A stretch of 64,000 nucleotides of DNA from assembly GCA_964016885.1 (NCBI GenBank), contig OZ024745.1, positions 63,364,001-63,428,000 of the forward strand. The letters run 5' to 3'. Positions 36,901 to 52,770 of the stretch are shown here, piece by piece. Origin of the DNA: Eledone cirrhosa (lineage: Eukaryota). Within the stretch, counting starts at the first letter, position 1; each line of letters begins with the position of its first letter. The notes under the pieces were generated by a model. That model was not told the origin of the DNA and ran no database searches. It was given only the letters and a program-made list of their open reading frames with translations. The translations under genes were made by a program, and so were the position numbers.

Positions 36901-39900
36901 TATAGCTTGCTGTGTTACACACGTTTAGATATATATGCAATGTGTTGAAAGAATAGTGGATACATCACATCACTTATATTAGATTTTTTGAAACATACAT
37001 TAATGCATTCTTGTTGTTTTTCTGCGTGTAAGCATTTTAATATTTTCTCTCCTGTGTGTTCCACATTGAACTTCTTCATAGTCGTGCATTATATCCATCT
37101 GTAGTTTTTTACTTGCTTGTAGTCTGTTTATTCAGGAGAACTGTAAATTATATAATTCATGTGCCTGTAAATTTCTCTATTGCATGATTGAGCGGACAGA
37201 GATGTCTGGTATTTTAATCTCAAGCTGGCCATGGAACACTTTTCCATATAAGAAGAGCAATTTAACAAAATAATTCGTACAATAGTATAATACAATAATA
37301 AATTACAGAGGCTATAAACATCAATATAAATGATACGTGTTAATATTAAGCGTATTCATCACGTAATAATATTCTGAAAAATAAATAAATAATACTATTA
37401 GCTATTTTCCAGAGCATCTCACTTGAGAAATTAAAAGGAATATTCGACGGAAAGAATAATACGCTAGGTAGGTGTGATACTTTATCCTGTCACAATACAC
37501 AAAGATTGTCAATTAATATCTTTATGACTAGCATCTGACATTGTGTTCGTAATATTTAGTTGACAGAACCAATAAAATTAACATTGAGCTGCAATTAGTT
37601 CTTTGAAATGTAGAAAATAATATAACTGAATCTTATACTTCCTAAAATTGCAGAGTTTTCAAGGCGCAATAAAAGTGGTAACATCTTGCTTCTTGGCTGT
37701 AAAATTATCTAATTATGTAACTATTTATTGTTTTACTGAAGTAAAATTTAATTACCGCATTAGTAAATTAAATAACTATTAAGAAAATATATACTTTGCA
37801 CAAGATGGTTCTTGGTTAACGTCAAGACATATGACTAGACGAAATTATTTTCTCGATTTCTATTTCTCGTTAGGTTAATAGCTCAAGAGAAAGAAAATAA
37901 AAATTTATGAAAATAAGATAGGCTAGTGTTGATATCAAGACGAATGGCGATAAATGTATCTCTTATGCTTTTTTGACTTGCATAGTTTCCATATGCCTGT
38001 CATGTTTTCAGCAGTTAATTATTAAAGCATAACTAACAACTCTTTATTATTGTTCTTCTCGGGATGACAAATTACTAACGATTTAATCATAAACTATGAA
38101 GTAACATGTACATATGTTACTTTTCTGATTACAGATTTCCATTCATTTGAAAACGTACAACATATTTAGTTCAGCAGTGTGTCGTATAATTTCATGTTTT
38201 ATCAAATTTTCTTTTAATTTTAATAATCTTATCGGTTATAAGATAAGAATTCATAAACAATTATACAGTGGTTGTAAAGAGTGATTAATATTTCTGTTAC
38301 ATTCTGGAAATCAAATAATCTTATAGCTGTAAATGTTACATTTATCTGATGTTTTCTTTAATTGTTGACAATCGGCGCATGGAAAAATGCCACATATACC
38401 AATGGAAAGACTGCCTGGACACCAGCATGACCGGCACTAGCAGTGAATTCTTCTCAATAACTGAATTCTCTCATTACAAACGGAGTGAATTTTGGATATT
38501 GATAAATAGAGGTTGAATAAAATAGCATTAGTCAAAGGACTTTTCGATCAGAGTGGTTATGAATTTAAGCAGCAACACGGAATATTTCTAAATTTCAATT
38601 TACAGTCAGAAAATGATACCAGTTCATTGGATATCTATATAATATCATGTTGTCAAATAATTTTGAAAGAATATTCTTTGTGCATTTCATCTAGCATGAT
38701 GTTAGATCTGACCGGTCAGGTGAATGCATCAGATCTTACCAATTATTTTATATTTTTGTGTGAATACATTTAATTTTAATTTTGTCACCTTAAGAGACAG
38801 ATTGTTTAGTGGGATGATATGAACTGTTTGATTTCTGGCGCTGTGTTGGCGGAAATATAAAGTCTTATACATTGTTCATATTATCGTGTCGACAGTGCAC
38901 TTTAGCCGGTGCATCATCACAATTCTCTTCCGAGTCTCAGATGTAAATCAAAATTATGGCCATAGTGCACCAAACTAGCTAATGGCATGTTGGTACATAT
39001 CGGTATTGACTAATTCCGCACTAAGAATTACCTGATTCTTTATTTACCGACCCAAGAAAGATGGTACACGGTAGAATGTAAACTCAGAATTTAAAATTAT
39101 GACCTCCAAAACTCTTAAAATTCTGTCAATCCTCAGCCTAGATTTGATAAGCATAGAAAGAGAAATTCTGATAAAAAGTACATATAAGTTTGATGCTTAC
39201 AGTAATATTTAATCAAATAGAAAACATTGCTTTCTAGAAGCATTTTTCATTTTCCTTCTTTGAAGACGAATTAAAACTGTAATTTCTTGAGTGATCTACT
39301 ACTAACATACATTCGTTTCAGCCCAAACGTACCCGATCGTCCCATACCTAACCAAATTATTGAAACCATCTCAATCACAGATGTCATCTTACTCACATCG
39401 CTCCACCATTCTGCTGACAATTCTTATGTTGAAACGTTTCCTTAGAAGTTTGAATCAGAACACATTCCCAATAACGCATCTAGGCAATTTGGCTTAGAAT
39501 ATGCAATGTAGGATACTCCAGAGTTCCTCAGTGGATTTTGTTCATGAGCAAGCTATTCAATTCAAAGAACTTCGTATTTTGCAAGAGGCCTATCTTTCAA
39601 CAGCTCTTGGTGAGATATTGGTTTTAGTTGGATATTTTTGCCACAAGCATCACATCTTGAATGTAGCATGGAATTTAAGGATGGCCGTTTCCCTGTCAGC
39701 AACTAAGATGGAGCGAGATTCTGAACCTTTCTGTTTTACAGCAAGAGTGTGAGAAAAAGCCTTACAAACATCAGATGTATTATAAGGCAACCTCCGTAAA
39801 AACTTCATAGTTGAATCGGATAAGATATGTGACACAATGCTTTCGGGATTCTTCGTACGAATTCAATACGATTCCAGCCATAGGGTTTGCAATGCCTCAA

Positions 39901-40926
39901 TGAGGTCTTGTGTTTATTCGTCTTCTGAAAGATGATATAGCTCATAGCGAATGTTTTGTCTGCACTCAGTAAGTGAAACCTAATGCAATATTCGCTCATA
40001 AAGGCAGCCGTATACAAACATAGATTTACATATATTTAAACAATCACAGGCGTACTGGAGGTCTTTAACTCATCAGATACTTGGCTTCTTTTCATTTTCA
40101 GCTCCTATATTCTTATTAATATCATCATTTTATTATTATTATTTTTTTGTTTTTGTTAGTTTTTACATTAATGTTTTACGTTGCACTATATGCCTTTCGT
40201 TTCAATTTGTTTTATTTTTTTTTAAATTGAATTCCAAAATAGCAGTGGGATAGACATTTTAAGTGCATTATAGAAAACATGTTATCACTAGCGATAATCT
40301 CAGTGTCAAAAAAGTGCAACAAACGAAGAAACCAATATAAATCACGTGGTATGTTAAATATACCAACCATAGACTAAATCTTAATGCACTGTTTGAAGTC
40401 GTGGAGCTCAGCTGCGATCAACTAGATCATAATTTTCACAAGAATATAATGACAGAACTATGGTTCTCGTTAAAAAAATGTTCAAGGAATGACATGGTCA
40501 CGTAACCCTCTAGTCAGTCGTATGGGCGCCGTATTGATATACGGTGATTCTAGACATGGCGGAACTCATTTCCTCTCCGAATCTGAATACAGAATGTTTT
40601 TTCCATAGAAGAATAGATAGAGTGATAGAATGGAAGTGAAAGAGACATAGAGGAAGAATTTACCCCCTGATGTAAAAACACCAACACATTAAATGCATTC
40701 GATTTAGTAGCATTTTAATTTGGCTAGGGTATTTGAATAGGGACTTCTGCATACCCTTCCACAACAAGGTACGTGGTGCTTAGTCGGACGCTTGATGGCA
40801 TTTCTTGATCCGGACCATTGATCAAACATGAATCAGCAAGATAATAGCTTCTCATTTAAGGGGGTTAATAGCTCGAATCGAATTTCATCGCCCCAAATAT
40901 TATTGCCACATATTATCTCTTTAATT

Positions 40927-41312
40927 GCGGTGGATTAGCAGTATAGGTAGATGGTCGGACGCCAAGCTTTCCAGCATAGTTACGTCCCTTTACGATCTGA
41001 GTTCAAATCCCGCCGAGGTTGACTTTGCCTTTCATCCTTACGGGGTCGATAAAATGAAGTACCAGTAATGCACTGGATAATTGCTGGCCTTGTGCCTAAA
41101 GTAGAAACAATTATCTCTTTAATTGCGGTGGATTGGCAGTATCGGTAGAGGGTCGGACGCCATGCTTTCCAGCATAGTTACGTCTCTTTACGATCTGAGT
41201 TCAAATCCCGCCGAGGTTGACTTTGCCTTTCATCCTTATGGGGTCGATAAAATAAAGTACCAGTAATGCACTGGGTAGTTTGCTGGCCTTGTGCCTAAAT
41301 TAGAAACAATTA
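40927..41312 (+). mobile_element. Head-to-tail SINE dimer
   Basis: Two ~185-bp SINEs; ATTATCTCTTTAATTGC occurs before, between and after them. Confidence 0.92.
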
Positions 41313-41764
41313 TCTCTTTAATTGCTCTGGTGATATCAGACGGCGAGTGACTAATCTTCAACCTTAATGCATTTCATATACATCTGAAAATGTTGTTGGG
41401 ATCTGATTCAGGAGAACATAAAAGTATTCTCACTGGTTCACAATGAATCACCTCTCTTCAGAGAAGAATCCCAGATGAGTGCCTGGATAGTTTTGCATTG
41501 GATTATTTTGTTGTGGGATGTAGCAAGGCAGAAATGAAAATCATTGCTGCAACAACTGAGACACCCTCCTATCATGAAAACCTGTAAAGTGTACTCTGCA
41601 TATGGATGAGGTTACATTGAAGAAGTAAAATATATATCTTGAAGCCATTTGTACGAGGAATGGAATGCATGCGGCAAGACCTTTAGGAACTATTGCCATA
41701 CTTTACTAGCTTCAGTATTTTGTCATCAGAAGAAAGAAGGTGGTGTAAAATCAGAACCTGCTAT

Positions 41765-41940
41765 CTTTAGTTCGGTGATCATGGCTAGTCTTACCTATGG
41801 TCATGAGTCTTGAGTAACGACCGAAAGAATATGATCGCGAATACAAGCAGCCGAAACCAGATTCCTCCAAAGGAGGTGCATAACTCTGAGATCAAGGAAT
41901 CGTTTACAGTAGAACAACTACTTCTGTTAATCGAGTGAGC
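41765..41940 (+). mobile_element. RTE LINE fragment
   Basis: SVIMASLTYGHES*VTTERI*SRIQAAETRFLQR. Confidence 0.7.
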
Positions 41941-44900
41941 AAAGCTTTGGTAGATACTAGTTGTATCCGCACGAACTTTTGGAGACAGCGTAGCACTTCA
42001 TGTCATCAGTCATATAAGCTATTTATAATTTAGACTGTCCATTCAATAACACAATTTTGGTATGTTGCAGAGTAGAGATGGATTAGCTGAAGATCATACG
42101 TCACATCACCCTTCTAATGTTGTCTGAATATGAATATTTGTTTATAGAAAGCGAACATCTATGAATTATGACCATGTAGCGAATAATAACCAATTCGTTA
42201 TCCTATCACAGATATATTATATTTGAAGACAAACTTAAAATAGCTTCCAGTAACGCCAATATTTTGAACCACTTAAGCTAGTTGCAAATGATGACTGAAT
42301 ATGCGTCAACCAGGATTGGAAACCACGTAACAGTGCTTGATTCTGTCCCTTTCGCGGCTGCTCACCATCATGGGTTTTTCTTTTCTTTTTTTGCGAACAA
42401 TTGATAAATGGGAGAAACTAAATGTTTCTTCCATTCACTGCTCATATGCTCTCAGAAATAATTGTGTTAACCACTCGGAAGAAAACAACATTCCTATTTT
42501 TTTTCCTTTACCTATCAGCTTGTCAAACGTCTGGAGAATTATTCGTGTTATTGAACGCATTTTTCTTGCAACCATACAAAAAGCAATAACAGACATGACC
42601 GACTCTTTATCAGTAAGAGAAAATATGTTTGGAAATATATGCTGATATATAATTTCCGATATCTTTTTAAATACACTTTAATGATATAGTTTAAACTTTA
42701 TTTTTATTTAAAATTCCGTTAAATCAATGTTATTTGTGGCATCAATGTTTTGCTTCTAATTTAAACTTTTTTAATGTAGTTCAATGTAACTTCTGTTTGT
42801 TTCAATAAATTGTATCAATAACTCGAAAGTTTACAAGCTTCGATCCGCACAATAGTCATAATATCAATACTGACTTGCTTCAAATATAGTTGACAGCTAA
42901 CTGTGAGATCATGAAGTGCGTGCGTGATTATATTTATCTAACAGTCTCAGGCTGATTCTGTAAAGATGACTTGAGGTGTTTTTCAGAGATCTTATCAAGC
43001 GAAAGATTCACGAAATCATTTAATAAAATACAAAATCGGTAGCTTTATATTGTATCTTGAATTTACAAGCACATCACCTTCTAAATAACAATCTGTGTGT
43101 CTACGTTACATCTTATGATTCAACATATCTATTTTCCTCTAGTGTCTGTCATAGGTGACTGGAAAGTCTTTGAAATTCCTGCCACAGATTTCACTTTGAT
43201 CTTGTTACACTAAGATTCAAGAAACTGTTTCTTTTCAATTGTTTATTCCCTCATGCAGTCTGTTAGGATTTTCGATAGGGGTCTTACAATTGTTCTACTT
43301 GAAAGCAATATCGCTATCACAAAATGCATTGAATACTGGAAGCACACTAGTAAACTTATCACATATGAAAGGGTATGATATATTAAATACAGATGCTTCT
43401 TTTAAATGAGCTAGAAGACATATTTTCTTTCATAACATTTATTGATTCTTTGCTTGTGACAGCTGTTCCCATTTTTCGAGCGCTGTATGAAAGAAAACGA
43501 TTCACAATGGGAGTTTCGTGTTTGCTTATTGAATAAACTTCTATAGTTGGCTCGATCACTTTAGGAAATATCAAATTTCTAATTTTCTGTTCAGTTTTCG
43601 TTTTACATTATTTTCAGTGTATTGTATCACTTAACACCGAACGAAAATAAATTTGAAATGAAGATAAAGTAGCGACCAGCTGTTTTTACATAAACATCAT
43701 TCTTAATATTCCCGAATTCAATATAAATAATGAATTCTATCAGCAACTTATTTTTATGTATATACCACTTTTTGTCTTAATATATAACACCTCCTCTATT
43801 AAATATTATTCCACTGTTGATATCCAAATCCTATGTTATGTTATTAATTTAAAATACTTTATATTGTGAATTATTTGTAGACAGAACAAGGAAGCTTCCG
43901 TGTGGTCAGTCGACATGCTCCAAATATCGTCCAAAACTCAAACTACACTTGTTACGTATTGAAATGAGATTAGAACAATAGAATTACTATTGCATTTCTT
44001 TATAACTATATACCATGTTATATTTGAATTCAACTCCCTTTATTGTCACTATCAACAAACACAACAAAGAGAAATGTCCGTTCCCGTGCGAATAACGTTA
44101 ATAAAAGAGAACAATAACTACAACTTTCTGATAAACAACGACATACACCAAATTAGACAATAAATATATCATTATATATTATTCAATTGGATATATCACA
44201 ACATTGAAATCATACATTATTATGAATATTTCGGACTTTCAAACCCTTGTAGACGCAATATTTGGAAATGTATTATATTATCACTCTGAATGTAACTAAC
44301 ACCCTAGTACTTCATTATTATTCTTTTGTTGGTTCGCTAATTTACTGCAAACATACATCACAAAATACTGATCTATGTAGCCACCTTACAAATACTATAC
44401 CTATTCTTTTAGCTTATTGTTATATCAAGATATCAAGATGCAATTTATTCATATTTTCTCTTATATAGTTCATCAAGAGATAATGTATGCAACACGTAGC
44501 AAGATTTGATTATATTAATATATAAAATATTACATAAACCTGGACATTCTCAAGCCTGGACATTCTCAAGTACATGTGACTATAAGAATCGAAGAAATAA
44601 ATATATCATATTAATTACTTTAGCCTCCTTAATTAATGCCCTTTTTTGTTTCTTCTATTTTCTTCTAAACAAATTATTAATACGCTTTCTCAAAAGCAAA
44701 ACGATATATGCACAAAAGACATGTCATCTAAAAATATTATAATTTACTTTCAGGCTGCGATTTGTATTGTTTATTTTTTTTTTTATTTGTGATGGATATT
44801 ACAGTTTATCAGTAATATATCATACACTTCGAGCTTTATATATTTGGGATTTTAAAAAAGGTGAATTTTATAATAGTAATCAATTGCCCATTTGCTATTC

Positions 44901-45944
44901 AATCACAGCTTTAAAAAAACTGTATTTTGTAGCATATTCATAAAACCTCCCGTCTCCCGTACATATTATTGGTCTTCGATATTCCAACGCTCAGGAGAAT
45001 GGGTGCAAAGTGAATGGCTGGTCACAAGAATTATATTTACGTTACTACTTCAAAGTATTTTCAAACTATATACCACTTCTGTCAACAGTTCAACGTGCTA
45101 CGTAAAGGTGAAGCGATTAAGCTGAGGTTATCAGGAATTAATTTGTTTCTAATGTATGAAAAGTGTAATTCCATGAACAGAAATCCTCTCAATATTATAC
45201 CTTCTTTCCTACAGTCTTTTCTAGCATATTCTGATAAAAATATTTAGTCATTCTATTTGACAATTCATTTTATAGAATACATAAAACTGTTTTATGACAT
45301 ATTTGAATAAGTAAAGAATATGCGGTGCTATTGATTCCAATATATATCTGTGACTTTTAGAAATTGAAATGGTTTATATGGATATCAGTACTATGAATCC
45401 AATGCTAAGGGAAACATTGGAATGTTAAACTGAAAATGAAACGTGTATTGGCCAATATATCCTAGTCTACAAGGCAGTCCTGTTTTACAAGGGAGTCCTG
45501 TTTTACCCAATATGCCTTTATAGAGTGAGACATACTTTACGTTAGAATGCAGAGGATAGCACTGAATATTTGAATTTACATTGGTATATTGATGTAGTGG
45601 GATAAAATCTACTGGATTCCACGGATAGCCATTTAATTCCGGTATGTCCCAGTGTTTTAAGTGAATCATTACAGCATCAGGATTATATTTTCTCAAGTAT
45701 ATCCGAATTTTCAAAGTGTTACTTAAATTTACTATTATCATTATTTTTTTTTCATTTATCTTGCTTTATGTTCATACGAGTTTTCACCAAGTCACAACCA
45801 GTGACCTCAAGAGACAACAAGGTCCACCATGTTCAAGAAAGAACATACATGTATCTTTAGGTGTTTAGACCTGTGATGTACTTATATTGACAGAATCTTC
45901 CTTAGTATATGGGAAGTTCCCATTAATACTATCTTTTGTATTTC

Positions 45945-46760
45945 TTCTATACGCGGTGTTCCTGGGATTTGGGATAAGTAATTATTAAGACCCCTTAGGT
46001 ATCATTCCTAGAGCGCCTAAAACCACTGGTATTGTTTTAGTTCTCAACTTCCATATTTTTCCTATCTCAATCTCCAGTTCTTATACTTGCTCAATTTTTC
46101 AAATGCTTTTATAGATACATTCTTATCTATAGGAAGGGACATGTCAATTAGCAGGCATACCCTCTATTTCAAAATCATTCAGTATTATATCAGGTCTATT
46201 TGGTCTATTTGCATCTATTTTTCGGTCTGTTTGGTTGCTAAAGTTCAACAAAATTGAGACGTGACCTTTTTCAAGTAGGGCATGGGGTTGATGCTCCCAC
46301 CAATTCTTTTGATGGGCAAGTCAAAATGCTTACACATTACCCAATGTATGTATTGTGCAGCTCTGTTGTGCCTGTTTAGGTACTCGGTTGGAACTATTCA
46401 AATTATATGATCAATGGTCTCAGGTTGTTTTTTACATACACGGCATAATGGGCCGCATCCATTTTTTATGATGTTGGCTTGATAAATTTTTGTTGGCAGA
46501 CACTGATACTGTGCTGATATAATCAGTCCTTCAGTCTGCGATTTCAGTCAAGAGGATGCCAACCACTGTTGGGTTAAACTTTTGTCAACATCAGGATTGT
46601 TAGCTCTTTCTGGGTATTTTCCATACAGAGGCTTTTCTTGCTATTTCTTAGCCAGTTTATTTGCAGTTACTTTTACATGCTTTGCATTTTCTATGTTTTT
46701 CATTTCAGCAGTAAAGGGAACTTCTGAAATGTGTAGTTCATTACTGTATCTTTGTGCATT
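45945..46760 (-). mobile_element. R4/Dong-like RLE LINE 3' fragment
   Basis: Minus: LYGKY..RANNPDVDK...QDQCLPT..CRVC..ETIDHI..RHN...NRPDIIL..CLLIDMS..KLSKY..TIPVVLGALGMIPKG. Confidence 0.85.
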
Positions 46761-47822
46761 GTGCGCATAACACTAATAGTGCCTTGATGTAGAATCGTTC
46801 ATGCTATAGATATGTGTAAGGCTCATTCATGGTTTTCGCAGGCAGGTAAATTAGATGAAGTGAATGTTTGATGGGACAAACGATCAACGTGCTATTACAA
46901 TGATTCGCTAGGTGTTAATCAGCTAGTTTTAAAAATATATTTCTGATGATCCGTTGCTATATGCAATGAATTTGACTTCATAGGAACTAATTCCATGGTT
47001 GATATCCATCTACAAAGACTTTATATTCTCCTTCGACCTTTTACTGATGCTGAGATAAATTTACTATTTAATCCCTTGGTGTTTAGTTGTGAATTATACT
47101 GGTATGATTTAACATAGTTACTAAGTTTCTCTATCTGAAGGAAAAAACATGAGGTGAGGCAATTTTCCCCATGTTGAAATGCTACAGCAAAATATCGAGA
47201 GTAAAATTATACGGTAACAGAGGATTAGAGAGAAATATTTTTCCCACACAAGGTTTTCAGCTTTTCAGTTATTTGTTTGTAATAAAAGTAATGTATGATG
47301 AGACATATTCTAGGCACCCACTCTTCATGTTATCTGCTCGATTTGAAATACAATAGGTAGTGAACGGGTTTCTTTAGAGAATTCTCCAAAAACGAATGCT
47401 ACTCTGCACCCATCATTGACAATATTAATATCGTTGTGTATTAGACAAACGATAGTTATGAAAGAATGAACTATTTATGTGCACGCGGTAGGCGTCAAGA
47501 TGAAACAGTTTTATTACAATGTATAAACCTATTATTTATTTTTTAAATCAATATTATTTCCAATACATAATAGATTAAATAGCTCTTATTTTTAAGTAGC
47601 ATGCATTTAAATTTTTATAATTTAAACACTGTGCAGAAATTGAGAGATCCTTTTTTTAAGACATCCAAAATCTGCGTGTGATGGTATGGGGAGAATATAT
47701 ATATATACTGTATGTGTGTGTGGATGTGTGTATTTTTCCCATACCGTCCCACGCAGATTTTAATATCTCAATATATATATATTAGTAAAAAGGAATGATT
47801 TTTGCTCATATATATATCTATA

Positions 47823-47881
<59 letters not shown>

Positions 47882-47908
47882 CTGTAGCATTTCGATATTT
47901 TGCTGTAG

Positions 47909-48359
47909 CATTTCAGAAGTTCCCTTTACTGCTGAAATGAAAAATGAAAAACACAGTAAATGCAAAGCATGTAAAAGTAACTGCAAATAAACTGGCTAAG
48001 AAATAGCAAGAAAAGCCTCTCTATGGAAAATACGCAGAAAGAGCTAACAATCCTGATGTTGACAAAAGTTTAACCCATCAGTGGTTGGCATCCTCTTGAC
48101 TGAAATCGCAGACTGAAGTACTGATTATATCAGCACAGGATCAGTGTCTGCCAACAAAAAATTATCAAGCCAACATCATAAAAAATGGATGCGGCCCATT
48201 ATGCCGTGTATGTAAAAAAAACAACCTGAGACCATTGATCATATAATTTGAATGTACAGTCCTATAGTTCCAACCGAGTACCTAAACAGGCACAACAGAG
48301 CTGCACAATACATACATTGGGTAATGTGTAAGCATTTTGACCTGCCCATCAAAAGAATT
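47909..48359 (+). repeat. Inverted local duplicate of 46302-46731 (R4/Dong fragment)
   Basis: Near-identical reverse complement sharing the same premature TAG and TGA codons. Confidence 0.88.
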
Positions 48360-48511
48360 AATACATATATATTTTGACCTGCCCATCAAAAGAATTAATA
48401 CATATATAAGGGTGACCATGTCGAACAGAAGAAATAGAGCTATTCAAATGTAGCCCAATGCATGTTGATGGATTTTGATGGATGAGAGGAATGCACATAG
48501 GAATTAACACC

Positions 48512-48758
<247 letters not shown>

Positions 48759-51700
48759 AGAGATAATGCTAGTGTCATTTTAAGGTAATATGGTGAAGTA
48801 GAATATAGCAGTAATTTAAAACATACGGCTTCGGGTACTAAATAAAAGCCGCAAGTAATTTAATCCAATAATCTATAATTTATCCAATTCTCTCACCCTG
48901 ATAATAATATATATGCTATGCAATAACATTCGTACCAATCATACAGTAATTAATACAATTATAATGATGATGATAATATTTGTATTACATGTGGTGTAAT
49001 GAACATGTTTGTGATTAGGATAGAATCACTTATTCATATACAATAATAATCTCATGAATATTAAAGAGGAATTCATAGTTTGTATCAGGAAGTAGAATAA
49101 GAATAGAAAGAAACAGACAAAAGAGAAAACACCACCAACAGAGGGCACCATAATCTATTAGTATACCCACAGCTTGCAGTGATGGATATACGTGAAAGGG
49201 AATAGGGAAAGGGCGATAAAATATATGACACAACCGAGTCAGAGGACACCAGAGAAACAAAGGATACGGAACATTATGAAAGCTTTCAAGAGGGAAAGAA
49301 AGAGTAAAAAGAGATGCTAAATGACAATTCAATTATTCAAAACTAAGCTGGCAAGGGTGTGGCAATTTTAATTATCCCCCAAGGATTTTGACAATTATAA
49401 ATCATAAGCACAACTAACAGGTACAAGGTTTTTTTACAAGGAAAAGAGTAATTTAGATCAAACAACTTTAAAAACAATAAAATCATTAATTGACCAACGT
49501 TCAGTCTTTTTCCATTAACAAGGAAATCGTTTACGTGTTCAACTTCGAAGTTAATTCGATAGATTACCAAAGTTTCATAAAAGTTTGAAATGTAGGATGC
49601 TATTAATTAATAAATAACATATAAATCGAAATACTGCATCAGTTTGTAAGCTTTGAAGAAATTTCACTTCTCCCTTTTTTTTTTGTTCTATGGTCGCATC
49701 AGAGAATCCCTTTTCCGGTGAGTTCCCCCAACTGTCAATCAAATCATAGCCGCCAACTTTAAAAGATCGATCTGAACCAAATTTAATCAATATATTTATT
49801 TATATATTCAATAATTTAAAGGAATGGGAAACTAAGGTGAAAAATGACCTTACTGATCTTAAACAGTAATATATACATCTATATAAATACGCGCGCGTGT
49901 GTGTGTGTGTTGTGTGAATATAATTGGTCTTGCGATTTTCAAATAATTCGATTTATAAATAATTCGAGAAAACATTTTAATTATGGTTCCAAATCTTAGT
50001 GTTTGTTGTCGGAAATACTACATCCGTAGTATACTTTGGCTGCTAATAAACGTTACGAAATATGTCTATGTCATTTGCAAGAGATATATTTACGCCAAGT
50101 TGTTGTTTTTTTTAAATTCGAAAGACAAAATAGCATAATTATGTCTATATTTATAGCCCAATAATCTATTATTCCAAAATAATGTTCAATTATATTCAGT
50201 TAATACTATATATTAGATAAATAAATATATTAGATACTAAATTGTATCTTATTATTATAGCATATGTTTTCTATTTTAAAATAGACACATTTCAATTAGA
50301 AGTATCGGCTCTACCTAGATTGACTTTCTGATCACTGAGCTACGCACTCAACGGTATTCACGATGGTATTCTTTCAGTCACTACCTAAGATTCATAACCA
50401 TAGGTAAGAAGTAAGCACCTTCACTTACATGTAGTGTTTTCAAAATCCACTGAAACTAGTTTTTCGTGAGTATTGAAATTGTGTTTGTCGATGACAATTT
50501 TTTTAAAACGATATAATGACAGAATATTATACACATTTCTTTTATACAAATACAACTGTGATTTTTCAGATGTACCTTTTCCTATTTTCAGGCTCGGTCA
50601 CACTTTTAGCCTAAAATACTGACGATCACTGGTAGTAAAATTATATGGATATCAGTTTAATAGATGATATGAATTAAACGAAATACATCTGATTTTACAT
50701 TATGTTTCATTTGAAGTCCTGTCAAACGGACATACCGTACCCTGCTAAGCAACGCGTTCGTACGTTCCTCCTTCCTGGTTAGCCAAGATACGTAATTTAT
50801 TATTTTCAGCTAAATTCAATAGACGAAAAAAGTAGGATTTCCACAGTTGAAAGAGGTGAATTTGAAAACCGAGTTAACAGCCTTCACCTGATGCTTACAA
50901 AAACCGCAATGAATTGAAACCCAACAAAGACCTATGTTGAATTTATATTCAATAGAATTGAAATCAATATGATACTTCAACTATTGACCACCAGAGTTTC
51001 ACCAGCAGTATATGCAGTTTTATGATGCCGATAAAAATCCCTGCAAAATATAGTTATTTTGTTACTACAAATATAAAACATTATATCGTATTGTAAAATT
51101 TTCTCATCAGTTATTTTAATAAATTATGTCGATAATATCCCACAATGGAATCAAAACTGGAGTCAACTCTCTTTTTCTTATGGATTTATTAATAATAATA
51201 ATGTTAAAATGAGGTTAATATCTGTACATACATTTTACAATAATGTTTAAAAGTATGAAAATAAAGTTAAAATCATGTCATAGTGAACATTGAAAGAATT
51301 GCCCTAATTATTATCTAATTATTTCTAAGATACAGAACTTACATATATACAAATAGATCTTGATATGTTGATATAAATAGAAATATTTACACATACATAA
51401 ACATAAATGACGCTTCTTTTTACAATCACACTTTTAAACACAAGTATAAACACAAACGCCAATACAAACAAATACCCACATAATGCAACAATGCATGTAA
51501 CAATTTAGAAACAGGTATACATTACAATACAAAAACCATACATACAAACAAATGTCTATGTGCATATATATATATATATGGGGGGGGGGGTTGTGTGTGT
51601 TTGTGTTTATGAACGAATGTGTTTTCGTGTATAGCTGAAGGTATTTGGTCGTTTGGAGTGTCCACTGGTTATCCACGAATCACAAGCATCACCAGAGAAT

Positions 51701-52732
51701 AATCTAAGTAATATAAATACATAACATTCTCTAATTTGTTAGTACGCTCTTTCCCACGTCTTTGTATACCCAAATATATATATATACATGTGCGTGTGTG
51801 TGAGTGAGTGCTCGTGCACGAGAATGTGCTAATATCACGAAGAAAGCATTTTAATAAAGTAAGTTAATATTTGTTATTTTTGTATTTATTCTAAAGTATT
51901 TACCCAAAATTCAATATATCATACGGCTCCAGTGATATCAAAATTCTGTAACGCTATAGTTGTTAGGATGAATCACTTCTAATTATGTTTAAATCATGAA
52001 ACCTATATTTAGGCATTTGAAATCGTAGGCGTATAGCAATTGATAAATAGACCCCATTTATAGAATACATTGATATTTCCGTACCTATTGTGCGCTTTAT
52101 ACACGAATTTAGAGTTTAAAGATTTTTTGTTATGTTACTGGTGTCGGATTCTCTCGTATGTCTACTAATATTTCGATAACTAAAGCATTACTTTCCTTTA
52201 CGTGAGTATTTACTTCAATTTAATTAACAAAACCAAAACTTGATCTGCTTATACCCTGTCCTCTTTAGTGTTTTCTATCGTGTGCAAATATTAACATCAT
52301 TAACTGGTTTATATATTTATATTTTATGAATGGAAACACAGAGTTCCCTACGTAATTATCATTTGAGAATTTTTGTTTTAAATTTCACTATGAAGCTATG
52401 GGCATTAGCATATATCGGTGTGATCAATTTGATTCCATTGAAATTAGCTGGGTCCAGTGATGCAGTAAAAGTCTGTGTTGTCTTCAAGAAACGCCAACGA
52501 CGAGGACATCAGATATGAAGTACAACTGGAACTAAGGTTTTTTGTTTTAGGCCTGTATTCTGACGCAATAGATGACCCGGTATTAGTAAGAAGCATAGCA
52601 GTGCTATTAAGACGTTCACTTCCGAAATAGGTATTCAAATCTGACGTAGAACATAGTATTTTGGGAGATATCCACTAATGTTTGAAGATCAATGGTACCT
52701 TCTGGGTAAACTTTCAAAGACAGAATACCGGC

Positions 52733-52768
<36 letters not shown>

Positions 52769-52770
<2 letters not shown>

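Noticed and set aside
33100-45900. Host gene exons in the long AT-rich stretch (e.g. candidates near 39500-40000 and 40500-40590)
   Set aside because: No recognisable protein similarity or consistent splice and reading-frame pattern. Small exons cannot be excluded without RNA-seq.
47665-47762. ~30-bp imperfect inverted repeat (MITE-like)
   Set aside because: Short, with no TSD or second copy visible; probably part of the local rearrangement.
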